A DNA stretch of 64,000 nucleotides from Spirochaetaceae bacterium (GTDB lineage: Bacteria > Spirochaetota > Spirochaetia > DSM-2461): the NCBI GenBank assembly GCA_051531975.1, contig JAOPTT010000002.1, forward strand, positions 473,968 through 537,967. The letters are read 5' to 3'. A model generated the notes under the pieces. That model was not told the origin of the DNA, searched no databases, and saw only the letters and a program-made list of their open reading frames with translations. Of the stretch, positions 10,993 through 20,908 are shown one piece after another (the stretch's first letter is position 1; each line of letters opens with the position of its first letter). Position numbers and translations under genes: made by a program.

Positions 10993-11460
10993 TTAACAAT
11001 TAGGTGTAAATTTAAAACTGTTTAACTCATCGGTTCTAAAGTCATAGTTGTATCCAATCTTATTAGCATAAGTGAAGGCTGTATTAATCTTAATTTGTAT
11101 TAAACACATTTTAGGATCAGATTCATCATGAGAACTAAAATACCAATCAGGCATAACATCAACCAATATATCTCTAATTTCTCTGTTCTTATCTTCCAAA
11201 GGATGCCCAATTAACACAGCTTCCCCCATAAATTTATGGAAACTAGCAGAAGGACATATGCTTACATGTTTATTTTTAGTTATTTGTTCTGTTATTTTAG
11301 ATGTGACCTGGGTAACTAAATAGAAGCTTCCTTTCCAGTAATATGTAGTAACAATCTTTACAAGTGGTACATCATTAGAAGACATGGCTATATACATCTT
11401 CCTCTGCTTTCCAAATTCCTTTACAAGTATCCTAAACATTCTCTCATATTCTTTATTCAT
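10993..11460 (-). CDS. Pyridoxamine 5'-phosphate oxidase-like protein, tandem paralogue
   Basis: Colinear similarity to 10502-10963 (IGHPL..N.EIRDIL..WYF..DESDPKMC). Confidence 0.82.
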   Translation of the reverse strand: MNKEYERMFRILVKEFGKQRKMYIAMSSNDVPLVKIVTTYYWKGSFYLVTQVTSKITEQITKNKHVSICPSASFHKFMGEAVLIGHPLEDKNREIRDILVDVMPDWYFSSHDESDPKMCLIQIKINTAFTYANKIGYNYDFRTDELNSFKFTPNC

Positions 11461-11579
11461 ATAGGCTTCTCCATTATATAGTTAAATAACATATTGGTAG
11501 TAAATACTATGGTATATAACTATATAGATTATAGCTTGATATTTTTTGCATTTAGATATTTTTATTAGTTTTTTAATGA

Positions 11580-11626
11580 TGATGCAAATTACATATTTTG
11601 TAACTGTGGCACCCAGCCTCTAAGTT
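11580..11626 (+). repeat. ~60-bp dispersed repeat, copy 3 (truncated)
   Basis: TGATGCAAATTACATATTTTGTAACTGTGGCACCCAGCCTCTAAGTT. Confidence 0.88.
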
Positions 11627-11704
11627 AAAGGTAATCCAAATTTAGGACACTCACTACTTCTAAGTGATACCTCTTATCCGGTAAACCAGACAATTACGGA
11701 GTTA

Positions 11705-12103
11705 ATGTGGATTCCCGATCCATTCGAGGCCCCAGTCGAGGCACCAGTCGAGGCCCCAGTCGAGGCACCAGTCGAGGCACCAGTCGAGGCACCAGTCGAG
11801 GCACCAGTCGAGGCACCAGTCGAGGCACCAGTTAAAAACATTGAAAATTTAACTGAAACAGAACAAAAAATATTAGAAATACTAACAAAAGCTACATTAA
11901 GCAGTAAAGAGTTACTGGAATCTTTAGGATATAAGCAAAAAACAGGAAATTATAAAAAGTCGATGGCTAATCTAATTAAATATATATTAATTGAAAGGAC
12001 AATACCTGAAATACCAAACAGCAGGTTACAAAAATATAAATTAACAATAAAAGGGCAACAGCTTGTTTCCCAATTACTAAACAAGGCGAGAAAAAGTGAT
12101 TAA
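11705..12103 (+). CDS. Winged-helix domain of the type found at the C-terminus of Fic/ATP-binding proteins; probably a 5'-truncated gene
   Basis: LSSKELLESLG..LIERTIPEIPNSRLQKYKLTIKG motif, preceded by an (EAPV)9 linker. Confidence 0.7.
   Translation: MWIPDPFEAPVEAPVEAPVEAPVEAPVEAPVEAPVEAPVEAPVKNIENLTETEQKILEILTKATLSSKELLESLGYKQKTGNYKKSMANLIKYILIERTIPEIPNSRLQKYKLTIKGQQLVSQLLNKARKSD
11726..11833 (+). repeat. 12-bp tandem repeat x9 (GAGGCMCCAGTC) encoding EAPV
   Basis: 108 bp read directly. Confidence 0.97.
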
Positions 12104-12353
12104 GTTCTTCCTGGTTTTTATCTAACAACTCTGCAGCTTAAGACAGCGATATATTCAACTACTTAGGTATATATTAAATATTTATGAAAGTAGATTAAAA
12201 GAGATGCAAACAATATTTTAATGTTGTTTATTAAGCATATAAAGAATGAGAAGATGTTAATGAGCTCACTATCTGATGTTTCTTATAGCCCCTGATGTTG
12301 ATGAAACAGCAAATATACTAGAAAATATAATACATGGCGGAGGTGACCTAATT

Positions 12354-12509
12354 ATGACAGCAGCACAAAGACTTGAACTAAAAGGTGAAAAACGTGGAAT
12401 AATACAAGGGATATCTAAAACAGCAAAAAATATGAAAGCTGATGGTATATCAATTAAAACTATAAAAAAATGTACAGGTTTAACTGAAGAAGAGATTAAA
12501 AAGTTATAA
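12354..12509 (+). CDS. Stand-alone Rpn C-terminal small protein (RpnS-like, 51 aa) within an Rpn 3' remnant starting ~12280
   Basis: GGAGGTG at 12339-12345, 8 nt before the ATG; MTAAQRLELKGEKRG..TAKNMKADG..TGLTEEEIKKL. Confidence 0.65.
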   Translation: MTAAQRLELKGEKRGIIQGISKTAKNMKADGISIKTIKKCTGLTEEEIKKL

Positions 12510-12539
12510 CTAATGTATTTCACACTACACCCTGTAAAA

Positions 12540-12613
12540 ACACTTAAACCTTAATATCTATTCATAATTATGTGCAAAATACCAATTTGAAAATGCTACT
12601 ATTAATATATCTC
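12540..12613 (-). pseudogene. Collapsed fragment of the PNPOx-like gene 10502-10963
   Basis: TTAAACCTTAA (matches ~10502) joined to ATTATGTGCAAAATACCAATTTGAAAATGC (matches ~10637-10666). Confidence 0.75.
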
Positions 12614-12649
12614 TTTTACCAACAAAATGTCATATAATATATTTAGACT

Positions 12650-13423
12650 ATGAAAAAGATTTGTATTTGTATTTTATTGTCAGTGGCATCACTAACTTTT
12701 ACTCAGAATGTATTAACAGTTACATCGTGGAATGTTCTAGGTTATCCAGAGAAGTCTATAGCAGGTAGAGAGTGGTTCACAAAAAAATTATTAGAACTTA
12801 ATACTAATGTAATCTGTATTCAAGAAATTGGTAATGATAAAGATTGTGAGAATTTTATAAAGAATGAATCTGGTTTTTATAAAGGTCATTTTTCAAATAG
12901 TAGTGATCCACAAGATAATGCTATCTTTACCAATAATACCATAAATATAGTTGGATATAAAGATCCAGAAGGATTTAGACATCCACCCAAACTAGCCTAT
13001 ATCGACAAAGATGGGTTTAACTTCCTACTACTAACAATTCATCTGTCTTATGATGATAAACGTGTAAGAGAGAATGAAATTAAATTATTAAAAGATATAG
13101 TTGAATGGATGTCATCTATAGACCCTGACTATATGATTGTAGGTGATTTTAATATTCAAGGAGATGAAATAGTAGATTTAGCAACTTCTTTAGGGATGAT
13201 GCTACTAAAACCTGTTAACCAAAATAACCAAGGAACTACATATTCAAAAGATAATAACAGATACGACCACTTCTTAGTATCAAAAGATATTTATACTGAA
13301 GAGTATATAGATTTTAAAATAAACAATGTTATTCCAGAGGATGAGTTTATAGCTAGATCAGTATCAGATCATATATCTATAACAGCAACCTTCAGAACTG
13401 ATTTATTATTTAAAGATGATTAA
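12650..13423 (+). CDS. Exported endonuclease/exonuclease/phosphatase (DNase I-like) protein
   Basis: Signal peptide; SWNV, CIQEI, IVGDFN, YDHF, SDH motifs. Confidence 0.92.
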   Translation: MKKICICILLSVASLTFTQNVLTVTSWNVLGYPEKSIAGREWFTKKLLELNTNVICIQEIGNDKDCENFIKNESGFYKGHFSNSSDPQDNAIFTNNTINIVGYKDPEGFRHPPKLAYIDKDGFNFLLLTIHLSYDDKRVRENEIKLLKDIVEWMSSIDPDYMIVGDFNIQGDEIVDLATSLGMMLLKPVNQNNQGTTYSKDNNRYDHFLVSKDIYTEEYIDFKINNVIPEDEFIARSVSDHISITATFRTDLLFKDD

Positions 13424-13570
13424 TAACATAATAAATATAGTTTCAACTGTTTATATAAAAATAACTGTATAACAGCACAAGGGATATCTAAAACAGCTCA
13501 ACAAAGTAATTATAGTGCAGAATAAATATTTAAGATGTTTGTAATATTTTCAGATTATAGAACTAATTTA

Positions 13571-13631
13571 TATTGATGTAAATTACATATTTTGTAACTG
13601 TGGCAGCCAGCTTCTAAGTTGTTGTTTAATA
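13571..13631 (+). repeat. ~60-bp dispersed repeat, copy 4
   Basis: One mismatch to 5646-5706. Confidence 0.92.
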
Positions 13632-13649
13632 GTAGATTTAATGTAAAAC

Positions 13650-13810
13650 ATGGGTGTTACACGGGTAAACACAGCTTGGGTTATACTCTAAATTCCTCAG
13701 AGTAAAAGCTCTTATTGGCTGGAGTTATAACTTCAGTGCTATCCCTAACACTAAACTACTTGATCAAAGAATGTTTAGCCCGCTTTTCGATCAAGAAATA
13801 TTTGACTATT
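13650..13810 (-). repeat. Dispersed structured element (Flavo-1-like)
   Basis: Reverse complement aligns with 56156-56315 (TCGAAAAG.GGGCTAAACATTCTTTGATCAAG.AGTTTAG.GTTAGGGATAGCA...TAGAGTATA.CCC...GTAAC.CCC). Confidence 0.8.
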
Positions 13811-13873
13811 GTAATTTGAAGCTTTGCTTTATTGTTTATGAGGTATAAAAACTCAATTCATGGATCTAAAAAG

Positions 13874-13907
13874 AACTGACTACAGTATCTATCTTCTGTA
13901 GTCAGTT
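13874..13907. terminator. Inverted repeat, probable terminator
   Basis: AACTGACTACAG-10 nt-CTGTAGTCAGTT, downstream of the minus-strand operon. Confidence 0.6.
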
Positions 13908-14116
13908 ATTATTTCTATAATATATATATTATTTTTTGTAAACTAATTACATTATATATCGTATATTTAGCTAGTTTTGTCAGAAGATAAACTTCATTAT
14001 TATTAAACAAGAAGTCTTCAAACCCAACTAAATAAATTAGAATTTAATAATTATTTTTATGTGGTAACTTCAATTATCATGATGGAGAAAATATTTTCAC
14101 ATTACAAGCTCTATAT

Positions 14117-15601
14117 CTAAATACTTTTACAGTAAAAACTTATACTATCTATATATTTATTTATACTCTCTTCACTTTTTACAATTTTATATTTTGTTTG
14201 TGGGATGTCAATTATAGTATCCACTAAAAAGCCACCGATAGTATATCCAGCAAGGAAACCTACGAATGTACCTACAGGTCCAAATACAGATAAAGCTGCA
14301 CCTAATGCAGTTCCAAATGCTGTTGAAACGCCTAATCTAATAAGACTTTTCATCAAAATCGAACTATTACCTAGTCCTTTTTTATAATCAAATATTAACT
14401 TTCCTACATCATAAACATCCATGCCAATGCTCACAGCAATACCTGCAACTCCAGCTATCCTTAAAACTTTTTTGAGAACCCTAGCCCTCCTTATTCCTTT
14501 AATTGTTTTACCTGAGAGCTTTTTTATAGTACTTTTATTTATATTCGATTTTATTATCTCATCAGCTTGAATCCTAGCACCCAATATACTATTGTGGTTA
14601 GATTTTTTAAAACTACTCAATATCTCTTCAGATTTTTTAATATCAACATGCTTTTTAATTAAAATCTCAAAATCTCTATAAAACTGGTTGACCTTAAATT
14701 GCTCTTTTATTCTTACATTTGCTTTTATTGACGTAAATAGCCCCTTTTCTTGCCTTATCCTTTTAACTTCAATTTTCCTTAAATAATCATTTGACAGTTG
14801 ATGTTCAAAATCAAGAAGATCTGCTTTGTTCTTTATTTTACCTTCTTTTAAATAACGCATCATTTTGTCAGAGTTTTCTTTGCCTAGTTTAACCTCATAA
14901 TCTTTTTTGAGACTGTCTAAAACCTTCTCCCTAATCTTATTAGTATTTTCATCAAGTTTGACTGCTTCTAATTTAGAAAAAGGGATATCAAAACTTTCGA
15001 TAGTAGTTTCAACACCTTTTAAGCTTTCTATTTTTACTTTTAATTTGCCATCAATAAAGTCACCTTTTAATATTTTTGCCTTGTATACATCATTTTGAAC
15101 AAAGTACTTTGACTCTTTATATTCTCGAATTAATTTATTATACATTTTTTCTGATATTTTATTTGATTTAAATTTCTTTTCCGTTGAAGCGATTAATTCA
15201 TCGTGTTTCAATAAAATCCAGTTTTTACTCATTTGAAGATCACCATTTTTTGTGATCCTTAAGTTATTATCTTTACCAAATTTTGATTCTGTAATGAGTA
15301 TTTCTTTGGTATATCCAGAACTATGATTCTTACTGTATAGCCCATCTATTCCATTTGATCCCACTTCTCCAATTCTTTTACCATATCTTCCTTTACCAGT
15401 AAACCTAGCATCTGAAACAGCCTCTAACATATTACCATGAGTTTTGTTCATATTAGAATAACCGATATTTTCAAGTTTAGTAGCAAGACCTTGATAATCA
15501 ATTTTCTTAGCGTTTAAGTATGTTTTTAAATCAAATTCTTTCCCGTATGAATGAATACTAAAAGAGGTTAAACAAATAATAAAAATAATTTTTTTAATCA
15601 A
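14117..15601 (-). CDS. Signal-peptide protein with a PD-(D/E)xK (PoNe-like) nuclease domain and a C-terminal hydrophobic Gly-rich region
   Basis: HGNMLE..GSNGIDGLY..ILITESKF..TKNGDLQMSKNWI; C-terminal AFGTALGAALSVFGPVGTFVGFLAG. Confidence 0.6.
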   Translation of the reverse strand: MIKKIIFIICLTSFSIHSYGKEFDLKTYLNAKKIDYQGLATKLENIGYSNMNKTHGNMLEAVSDARFTGKGRYGKRIGEVGSNGIDGLYSKNHSSGYTKEILITESKFGKDNNLRITKNGDLQMSKNWILLKHDELIASTEKKFKSNKISEKMYNKLIREYKESKYFVQNDVYKAKILKGDFIDGKLKVKIESLKGVETTIESFDIPFSKLEAVKLDENTNKIREKVLDSLKKDYEVKLGKENSDKMMRYLKEGKIKNKADLLDFEHQLSNDYLRKIEVKRIRQEKGLFTSIKANVRIKEQFKVNQFYRDFEILIKKHVDIKKSEEILSSFKKSNHNSILGARIQADEIIKSNINKSTIKKLSGKTIKGIRRARVLKKVLRIAGVAGIAVSIGMDVYDVGKLIFDYKKGLGNSSILMKSLIRLGVSTAFGTALGAALSVFGPVGTFVGFLAGYTIGGFLVDTIIDIPQTKYKIVKSEESINKYIDSISFYCKSI

Positions 15602-17093
15602 AATAGGTTATTCCTCTCTTTGTTAAACTAACCGAAATCATAGCATATTCAAGCTGCTTATCTTTATTTATACTATTCCATACATCACTATACAAATTAT
15701 TATATAGCGAGCTTATAGGTAAATAAGCATATGCTAAGTCTACTTGATCTAAATCCTTAAGGATACTTATCTTGGATCTATTATATGTTTCTTTTTCTGC
15801 ATTAGAAGGAAACAACTTTTTATTTACATTTGCATTGTCATTATTACTAGAACCTTTTTTTATTAAGGTTAATATCCACACATTATACTTCTTAACCAGT
15901 TTGTTATTATTATCGATGATTCTCTGTTGTAGACTTTTTTCTAAGTCAGATATCTTTTCTTCTGTATCAGTAATAATCTTCACAAGAGAAGTAACATCTT
16001 GATTAAGAACAGTGGTCAATTCATATTTTAATGTTGAAATTTGAGATTTAATCATTGTTAGGGTAATTTCAAGATTATCATTAAATTCATTTGTAATCTC
16101 TTTAACTTGATGATTTAATAACTTAGCTTTCTTTGTAATATTATATAATGATTCATATTCAACTATTTCATAGTATGTATCTTGATATTCAACAGGGTCT
16201 TTCTCATATAAAACTAGTGCTAGTTCATGAATTGAGCTGTATAGTTCAATATCCCACAATCCATTTTCTTCATATGATTTTGTGAATAAATTATAATTAT
16301 CGTTAAATGATTTATCTAAACTATTAATCTCTTTCAAAGTAACGAATTCATCAAGCATACTAATTTTTTTTTGTACTCTATCATCTTCGCTATAAGCTAG
16401 TAGTAAATTTACAACTTCAGATATTTCACTTTCATCGACATTAATAGGACTCTTATTGAGTAATAAAGTTGATCTATTCAAGGCTTTAACAATTTCAGAC
16501 TCATATACATCTTCCATTTTTCTAGAATAAAGTAAATTGAAATTATTATACGACTCTTCTACCTGCGAATCTAACTCAGTATTAAAGTATGATAAGTCTG
16601 AATCTAGTAAATCTTTTAGTAGTGTTACTACTATTGCTAAGTTATCATTATCTTTTTCATAATAAGAAAGTATACTAATAAATTCAATTTCATACTTTAA
16701 AAGAAGTAATTCTTCCGTCTGATCTTCTTGTATCCAAGGAGGTGTTGTTGATAAGTATTTAGAAAAACGTTTTTCTAGCTGGCTTATTTTATCGAATGCT
16801 AGTTCTTTTCTAAAAGATTTTACTGCTTCTTGCATTGTAGAAACCTCAAGCATTGATTCCTCAGGAATTATAATTGGAAAAGATTCATTTAAGGCTTTAT
16901 ATATTAGTGCAGTTTGATTATGTATTTTTGTATCTGTTTCACCTATAAATTCCTTAGTCTTTTCTATGAAATCTTCTTGGGTTTGTATATTTTTGTCGAT
17001 TTTGTCTTCTTGAGTTTTCAAAAAAAACAATGACAAGAATACAAGAAGAACAAGAAAAAAAGTATTTATTGAAATTATTATTTTGTGATTCAT
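15594..17093 (-). CDS. Membrane-anchored, largely helical/coiled-coil hypothetical protein
   Basis: N-terminal TM helix; 499 aa; overlaps the next gene by 8 nt. Confidence 0.75.
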   Translation of the reverse strand: MNHKIIISINTFFLVLLVFLSLFFLKTQEDKIDKNIQTQEDFIEKTKEFIGETDTKIHNQTALIYKALNESFPIIIPEESMLEVSTMQEAVKSFRKELAFDKISQLEKRFSKYLSTTPPWIQEDQTEELLLLKYEIEFISILSYYEKDNDNLAIVVTLLKDLLDSDLSYFNTELDSQVEESYNNFNLLYSRKMEDVYESEIVKALNRSTLLLNKSPINVDESEISEVVNLLLAYSEDDRVQKKISMLDEFVTLKEINSLDKSFNDNYNLFTKSYEENGLWDIELYSSIHELALVLYEKDPVEYQDTYYEIVEYESLYNITKKAKLLNHQVKEITNEFNDNLEITLTMIKSQISTLKYELTTVLNQDVTSLVKIITDTEEKISDLEKSLQQRIIDNNNKLVKKYNVWILTLIKKGSSNNDNANVNKKLFPSNAEKETYNRSKISILKDLDQVDLAYAYLPISSLYNNLYSDVWNSINKDKQLEYAMISVSLTKRGITYFD

Positions 17094-17209
17094 TTATACC
17101 TACTATTTTTTTTAATTTATCATATGATATTATAAATAACCATCTATATTATCAAGCTAGTTTTCAATCTATAATAATTAAATGGTAAAAACCCTTTCCC
17201 CTTATTTAA

Positions 17210-19012
17210 TTATTGATTTATATAATTCTCAAAAGACGCGATAGCATCAATATAACCTAAAGTACTTCCCTTCATGTAATATTCCACGGCCTTTTTACTA
17301 TCCCCATTTTCCTCATAATATCTTCCAATCCGGGACATAGCATCATTATCTTCATGTTTAAGTGCTTTTTGATAAAGTTTAAACGCTTGCTCTTTATTTC
17401 CTTCTTTATATAACAAGTCACCTAGAAAACAATATGCTTCTGACTCCTCATTTTCTATCGCTAATTGATAATATTTCTTAGCACCTTCATAATCTTCATT
17501 TTCTTCAAGAAATTCTGCATATAAAATCATATCGGATTTATTTCCACATTCTATAGAATATAGATAAGTTTCTTTGATTTGTTCAATTTTTCCTTCTTTC
17601 TCGTAGAGTTCTACAAGCATCATTGTAGATAAATCATCAACACTTTTAATTCCTAATAAGTAGGTCTCTTTAGCCTTCTCTAACCATCCAAGTTTTTCAT
17701 AATAGCTACCTAGAAAGTAGTATGCATTTTCATCACCAATATCAATTGAAACTTGATAATATTTTATTGCTTTATCTATATTATTTTCTTTAGCATATAA
17801 TGTGGCTAGATTATAACTTGCAGATTTTTTATCGAACTCAAAATCTTTCAAAAAGTACTTTATGGCATTATCATAATCACCAACCTCCTCAAAAGCCCTG
17901 GCAAGAAAATACCATGAGGTTTCATTACCAAAATCTGCAGCTTGTTTATAATAAATTATAGCTTTATCATAATCCTCTTCTTCATAAAATATTTTACCAA
18001 GCCTGTATGATGAATACTCATTTCCATCTAATGAAGAAAGCTTATAATATCTTTTGGCAAATAAAATATTATCTTCCTCTTCAAATATGATACCTAGTTC
18101 CTTCATAGCTTCACCGTTAAAATCATTAGAGTACTTTAGAAAATATTCTTTTGCCTCTTGAGAATTACCTTCTTTCAGTAATAATTTACCCATAAAGTAA
18201 TAAGAACTATCACATCCTAGTTCTATTGCTTTTTTATACCATTTTTTGGCCTCTTCAAAATTATTTTCTTCTCCGTATATCTCTGCTAGTTTTTCTATTG
18301 AATTACAAAGTTCTAATTCAGCACTTCTTAAATAATAATTTTTTGCATCTTCTATTAAGTTTTCTTCAAATCCGATATTGCCCAGATAATATAAAGCAAT
18401 TGAGTCATCAGCTTTTGAAGCTTTGAGTAAAAACTCTTTTGCCTCTTGAACCCTGTCGTCGTAATAAAGATGTCTTCCCAAAAAAAGATGTGAACCTTCT
18501 ACATTCTGTGTAACAGCTTGTTTACAACTTTTAATAGCCTTTCCTTTCGCATCATTATCATAATAAAACTTAGTGAGAGTCATGATATACTTATCAAAAT
18601 CAAGTTCTGAAGCTTTTTCTAAATGCTTTTTAGCGTCATATTTAGAACCATGAGAATTATAGAGATTACTTAGTAAATAAAAGAGTTCAGCATTTTCTGG
18701 CTCTGTATCAATGCCTCTAAAGTAATATCTTTTGGCTTCTTCATAATTGTAATATTCATCTTCATATAGTTTAGCTAGTTCAACCATAGACTTTGTATGC
18801 CTTTGATCAGAAGCTTTTAAGAAAAATCTTTTAGCAGCTTCTATTTTTTCATTTTCTAAATACAAATTTCCTAAGGAGTACATAGAATCAATATCTCCAT
18901 TATTACTAGCTTTAAGAAGTGAAATAATATTTTCTTCTAATTGACGTTTGGTTTCTAACTCATTTTCTTGGTTGTTTTTTCGTTCTTCCATAATTATTAA
19001 CTTCCTTTTCAT
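17210..19012 (-). CDS. SEL1/TPR repeat protein
   Basis: Many ~32-aa repeats of the form A.Y.LG..Y..E....A..YY..A...G. Confidence 0.92.
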   Translation of the reverse strand: MKRKLIIMEERKNNQENELETKRQLEENIISLLKASNNGDIDSMYSLGNLYLENEKIEAAKRFFLKASDQRHTKSMVELAKLYEDEYYNYEEAKRYYFRGIDTEPENAELFYLLSNLYNSHGSKYDAKKHLEKASELDFDKYIMTLTKFYYDNDAKGKAIKSCKQAVTQNVEGSHLFLGRHLYYDDRVQEAKEFLLKASKADDSIALYYLGNIGFEENLIEDAKNYYLRSAELELCNSIEKLAEIYGEENNFEEAKKWYKKAIELGCDSSYYFMGKLLLKEGNSQEAKEYFLKYSNDFNGEAMKELGIIFEEEDNILFAKRYYKLSSLDGNEYSSYRLGKIFYEEEDYDKAIIYYKQAADFGNETSWYFLARAFEEVGDYDNAIKYFLKDFEFDKKSASYNLATLYAKENNIDKAIKYYQVSIDIGDENAYYFLGSYYEKLGWLEKAKETYLLGIKSVDDLSTMMLVELYEKEGKIEQIKETYLYSIECGNKSDMILYAEFLEENEDYEGAKKYYQLAIENEESEAYCFLGDLLYKEGNKEQAFKLYQKALKHEDNDAMSRIGRYYEENGDSKKAVEYYMKGSTLGYIDAIASFENYINQ

Positions 19013-19021
19013 GATGTAATT

Positions 19022-20734
19022 TTAAATTTGGCTTTTTATATATTCAATAATATCATTTTTATAATAAAAACCTGTATTTTTTATTGGACTCTTTTCATGT
19101 ATATCAATGGAATTAATATCTGCTCCTTTTTTAATTAGGAATTTAAAAACATCTATACTGTTACAAGCTGCATAATGTAATGGTTGCTTATCCAATATAG
19201 TTTCTGAATGAATATTTACATCATGATCTAGTAAATACTTTAGGACTGAATTACAACCCAAAAGTGCTGCAAAGTGAATAGGTTGTTCACCATCTGTATT
19301 AGTTGAATGTATATCTGCACCCTGCTCTACTAATAAATTGAAATTATTAGGGTCATCTGATTTAGCAGCAAAATGAATAGGTTGCTCACCTTTTAAGGTT
19401 TTAACATTTACATCAACTCCTTCCTCAATAAAATATTGTAAATTATCTAAAGATGAACTACACGCTGCCATGTGCATTGGTTGTTTTCCTTCAAAATCTA
19501 ATGATTTTATATCGGCTCCATTTTCAACTAGTAGCTTTATTGTATCAACTTCCATAAATAAGGATACGTCATGTATCAGCTGGTCCCCATCATTATTCTT
19601 TATATTAATATTTGTACCATTTTCAATTAGAAATCTTATAGCACCATCATCTTTATTAAAATCTGAAAAACGTATTGGTGTATTATTATTAATATTCAAT
19701 GAATTTATATTTGCTCCATTCTTTAATAGATACTCCAATATTTTAAGATCTCTATAATGTTGTACTGCATAATGAATAGGCTGTTTTCCTTTATCATCTT
19801 TTGACGAAATATTTCCACCATGGACTACTAGATACTTTAATATTTCCAGGTTATTAACAGCATAGTGTATTGGTAAACAACCATCGTTATCCTTAGAATG
19901 TATATCCGCACCCTGATCTATTAAATACTTAAAGTCAACGATGGAACCACTTGCTTGGTGATGAATTAATTGCATACCCTCATTATCTCTAAAATGAATA
20001 TCTGCGCCATTTTTAATAAGAATTTTAATAATCTCAAAATCGAATGTATCCATGAATGGAGCTTTACCATCAGTTCCTTTGGAATTAACATCAGCCCCTA
20101 AGTCTATTAAATACTTAAGAATATCAGTATTACTTAGGTTGTTAACAGCAAAATGGATAGGTTGTTGTTCATCAATTGATCTAGAATGAATATCAGCCCC
20201 CATACTTATGAGGTATTTTATAATTTCAATGCTTTCATTATCTGCACCATAATGAATTGGTTGATTTCTAAAGTTATCAATTGCAAAAATATTAGCACCC
20301 TTTTCTACCAAGTATTTAAATTTTTCTATATTCCCAAATGTAGCTGCAACATGTATAGGTTGTAAACCATTTTTATCTTTTGAGTCTATATTTGCACCTT
20401 GTTCAAGTAAAAATTTTAAGATGTCTAAATTATCATTTCTTGATGCATAGTGAACAGGTTGCTCATTTCTGCTATTTTGAGAATGTATATCAGCACCATT
20501 TTGTTCAAGATATTTAATGATACTAAGATCGTTATTCATTGCAGCTTCATGTATTAGGTTGTCCCAAGGATAAAAATATTCATTTGTAATGATCCTCTTG
20601 TTAATATCAAAGCCTTCTGATATCAAAAGTTTTAAATCTTCAAGTTCTATAGTATCTATCCTTTTTATTATTTTATAATCTTCTTCTGAAAACTTTTCAA
20701 TTGAGTTTATTTCTAATTCTTTTTTTTCTATCAT
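19022..20734 (-). CDS. Ankyrin repeat protein
   Basis: About 15 repeats of G.QPIH.A......KYL...GADI. Confidence 0.95.
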   Translation of the reverse strand: MIEKKELEINSIEKFSEEDYKIIKRIDTIELEDLKLLISEGFDINKRIITNEYFYPWDNLIHEAAMNNDLSIIKYLEQNGADIHSQNSRNEQPVHYASRNDNLDILKFLLEQGANIDSKDKNGLQPIHVAATFGNIEKFKYLVEKGANIFAIDNFRNQPIHYGADNESIEIIKYLISMGADIHSRSIDEQQPIHFAVNNLSNTDILKYLIDLGADVNSKGTDGKAPFMDTFDFEIIKILIKNGADIHFRDNEGMQLIHHQASGSIVDFKYLIDQGADIHSKDNDGCLPIHYAVNNLEILKYLVVHGGNISSKDDKGKQPIHYAVQHYRDLKILEYLLKNGANINSLNINNNTPIRFSDFNKDDGAIRFLIENGTNINIKNNDGDQLIHDVSLFMEVDTIKLLVENGADIKSLDFEGKQPMHMAACSSSLDNLQYFIEEGVDVNVKTLKGEQPIHFAAKSDDPNNFNLLVEQGADIHSTNTDGEQPIHFAALLGCNSVLKYLLDHDVNIHSETILDKQPLHYAACNSIDVFKFLIKKGADINSIDIHEKSPIKNTGFYYKNDIIEYIKSQI

Positions 20735-20828
20735 GTTGAATCCTTATATATATTTAAATAAATTTAGATAAATTAAACACAAAGTAGATTTGTTTGTAAC
20801 TTCTCAAGCAACTATTTTATTGTTTTAG

Positions 20829-20858
20829 TATAATGAAGTGTGTCGAAAGAATGTTTCG
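20829..20858 (+). promoter_or_regulatory. Candidate -10 box and operator for the WYL regulator
   Basis: TATAAT at 20829-20834, then the inverted repeat CGAAA-GAATG-TTTCG at 20844-20858 in the divergent intergenic region. Confidence 0.3.
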
Positions 20859-20908
20859 TATTAAAATTATTTGTTGAATAATACTCTTTTGAGCTATAAG
20901 CTATATTT

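Noticed and set aside
11726..11833. Tandem repeat as a CRISPR array
   Set aside because: 12-bp units with no spacers, in frame within an ORF, and no cas genes.
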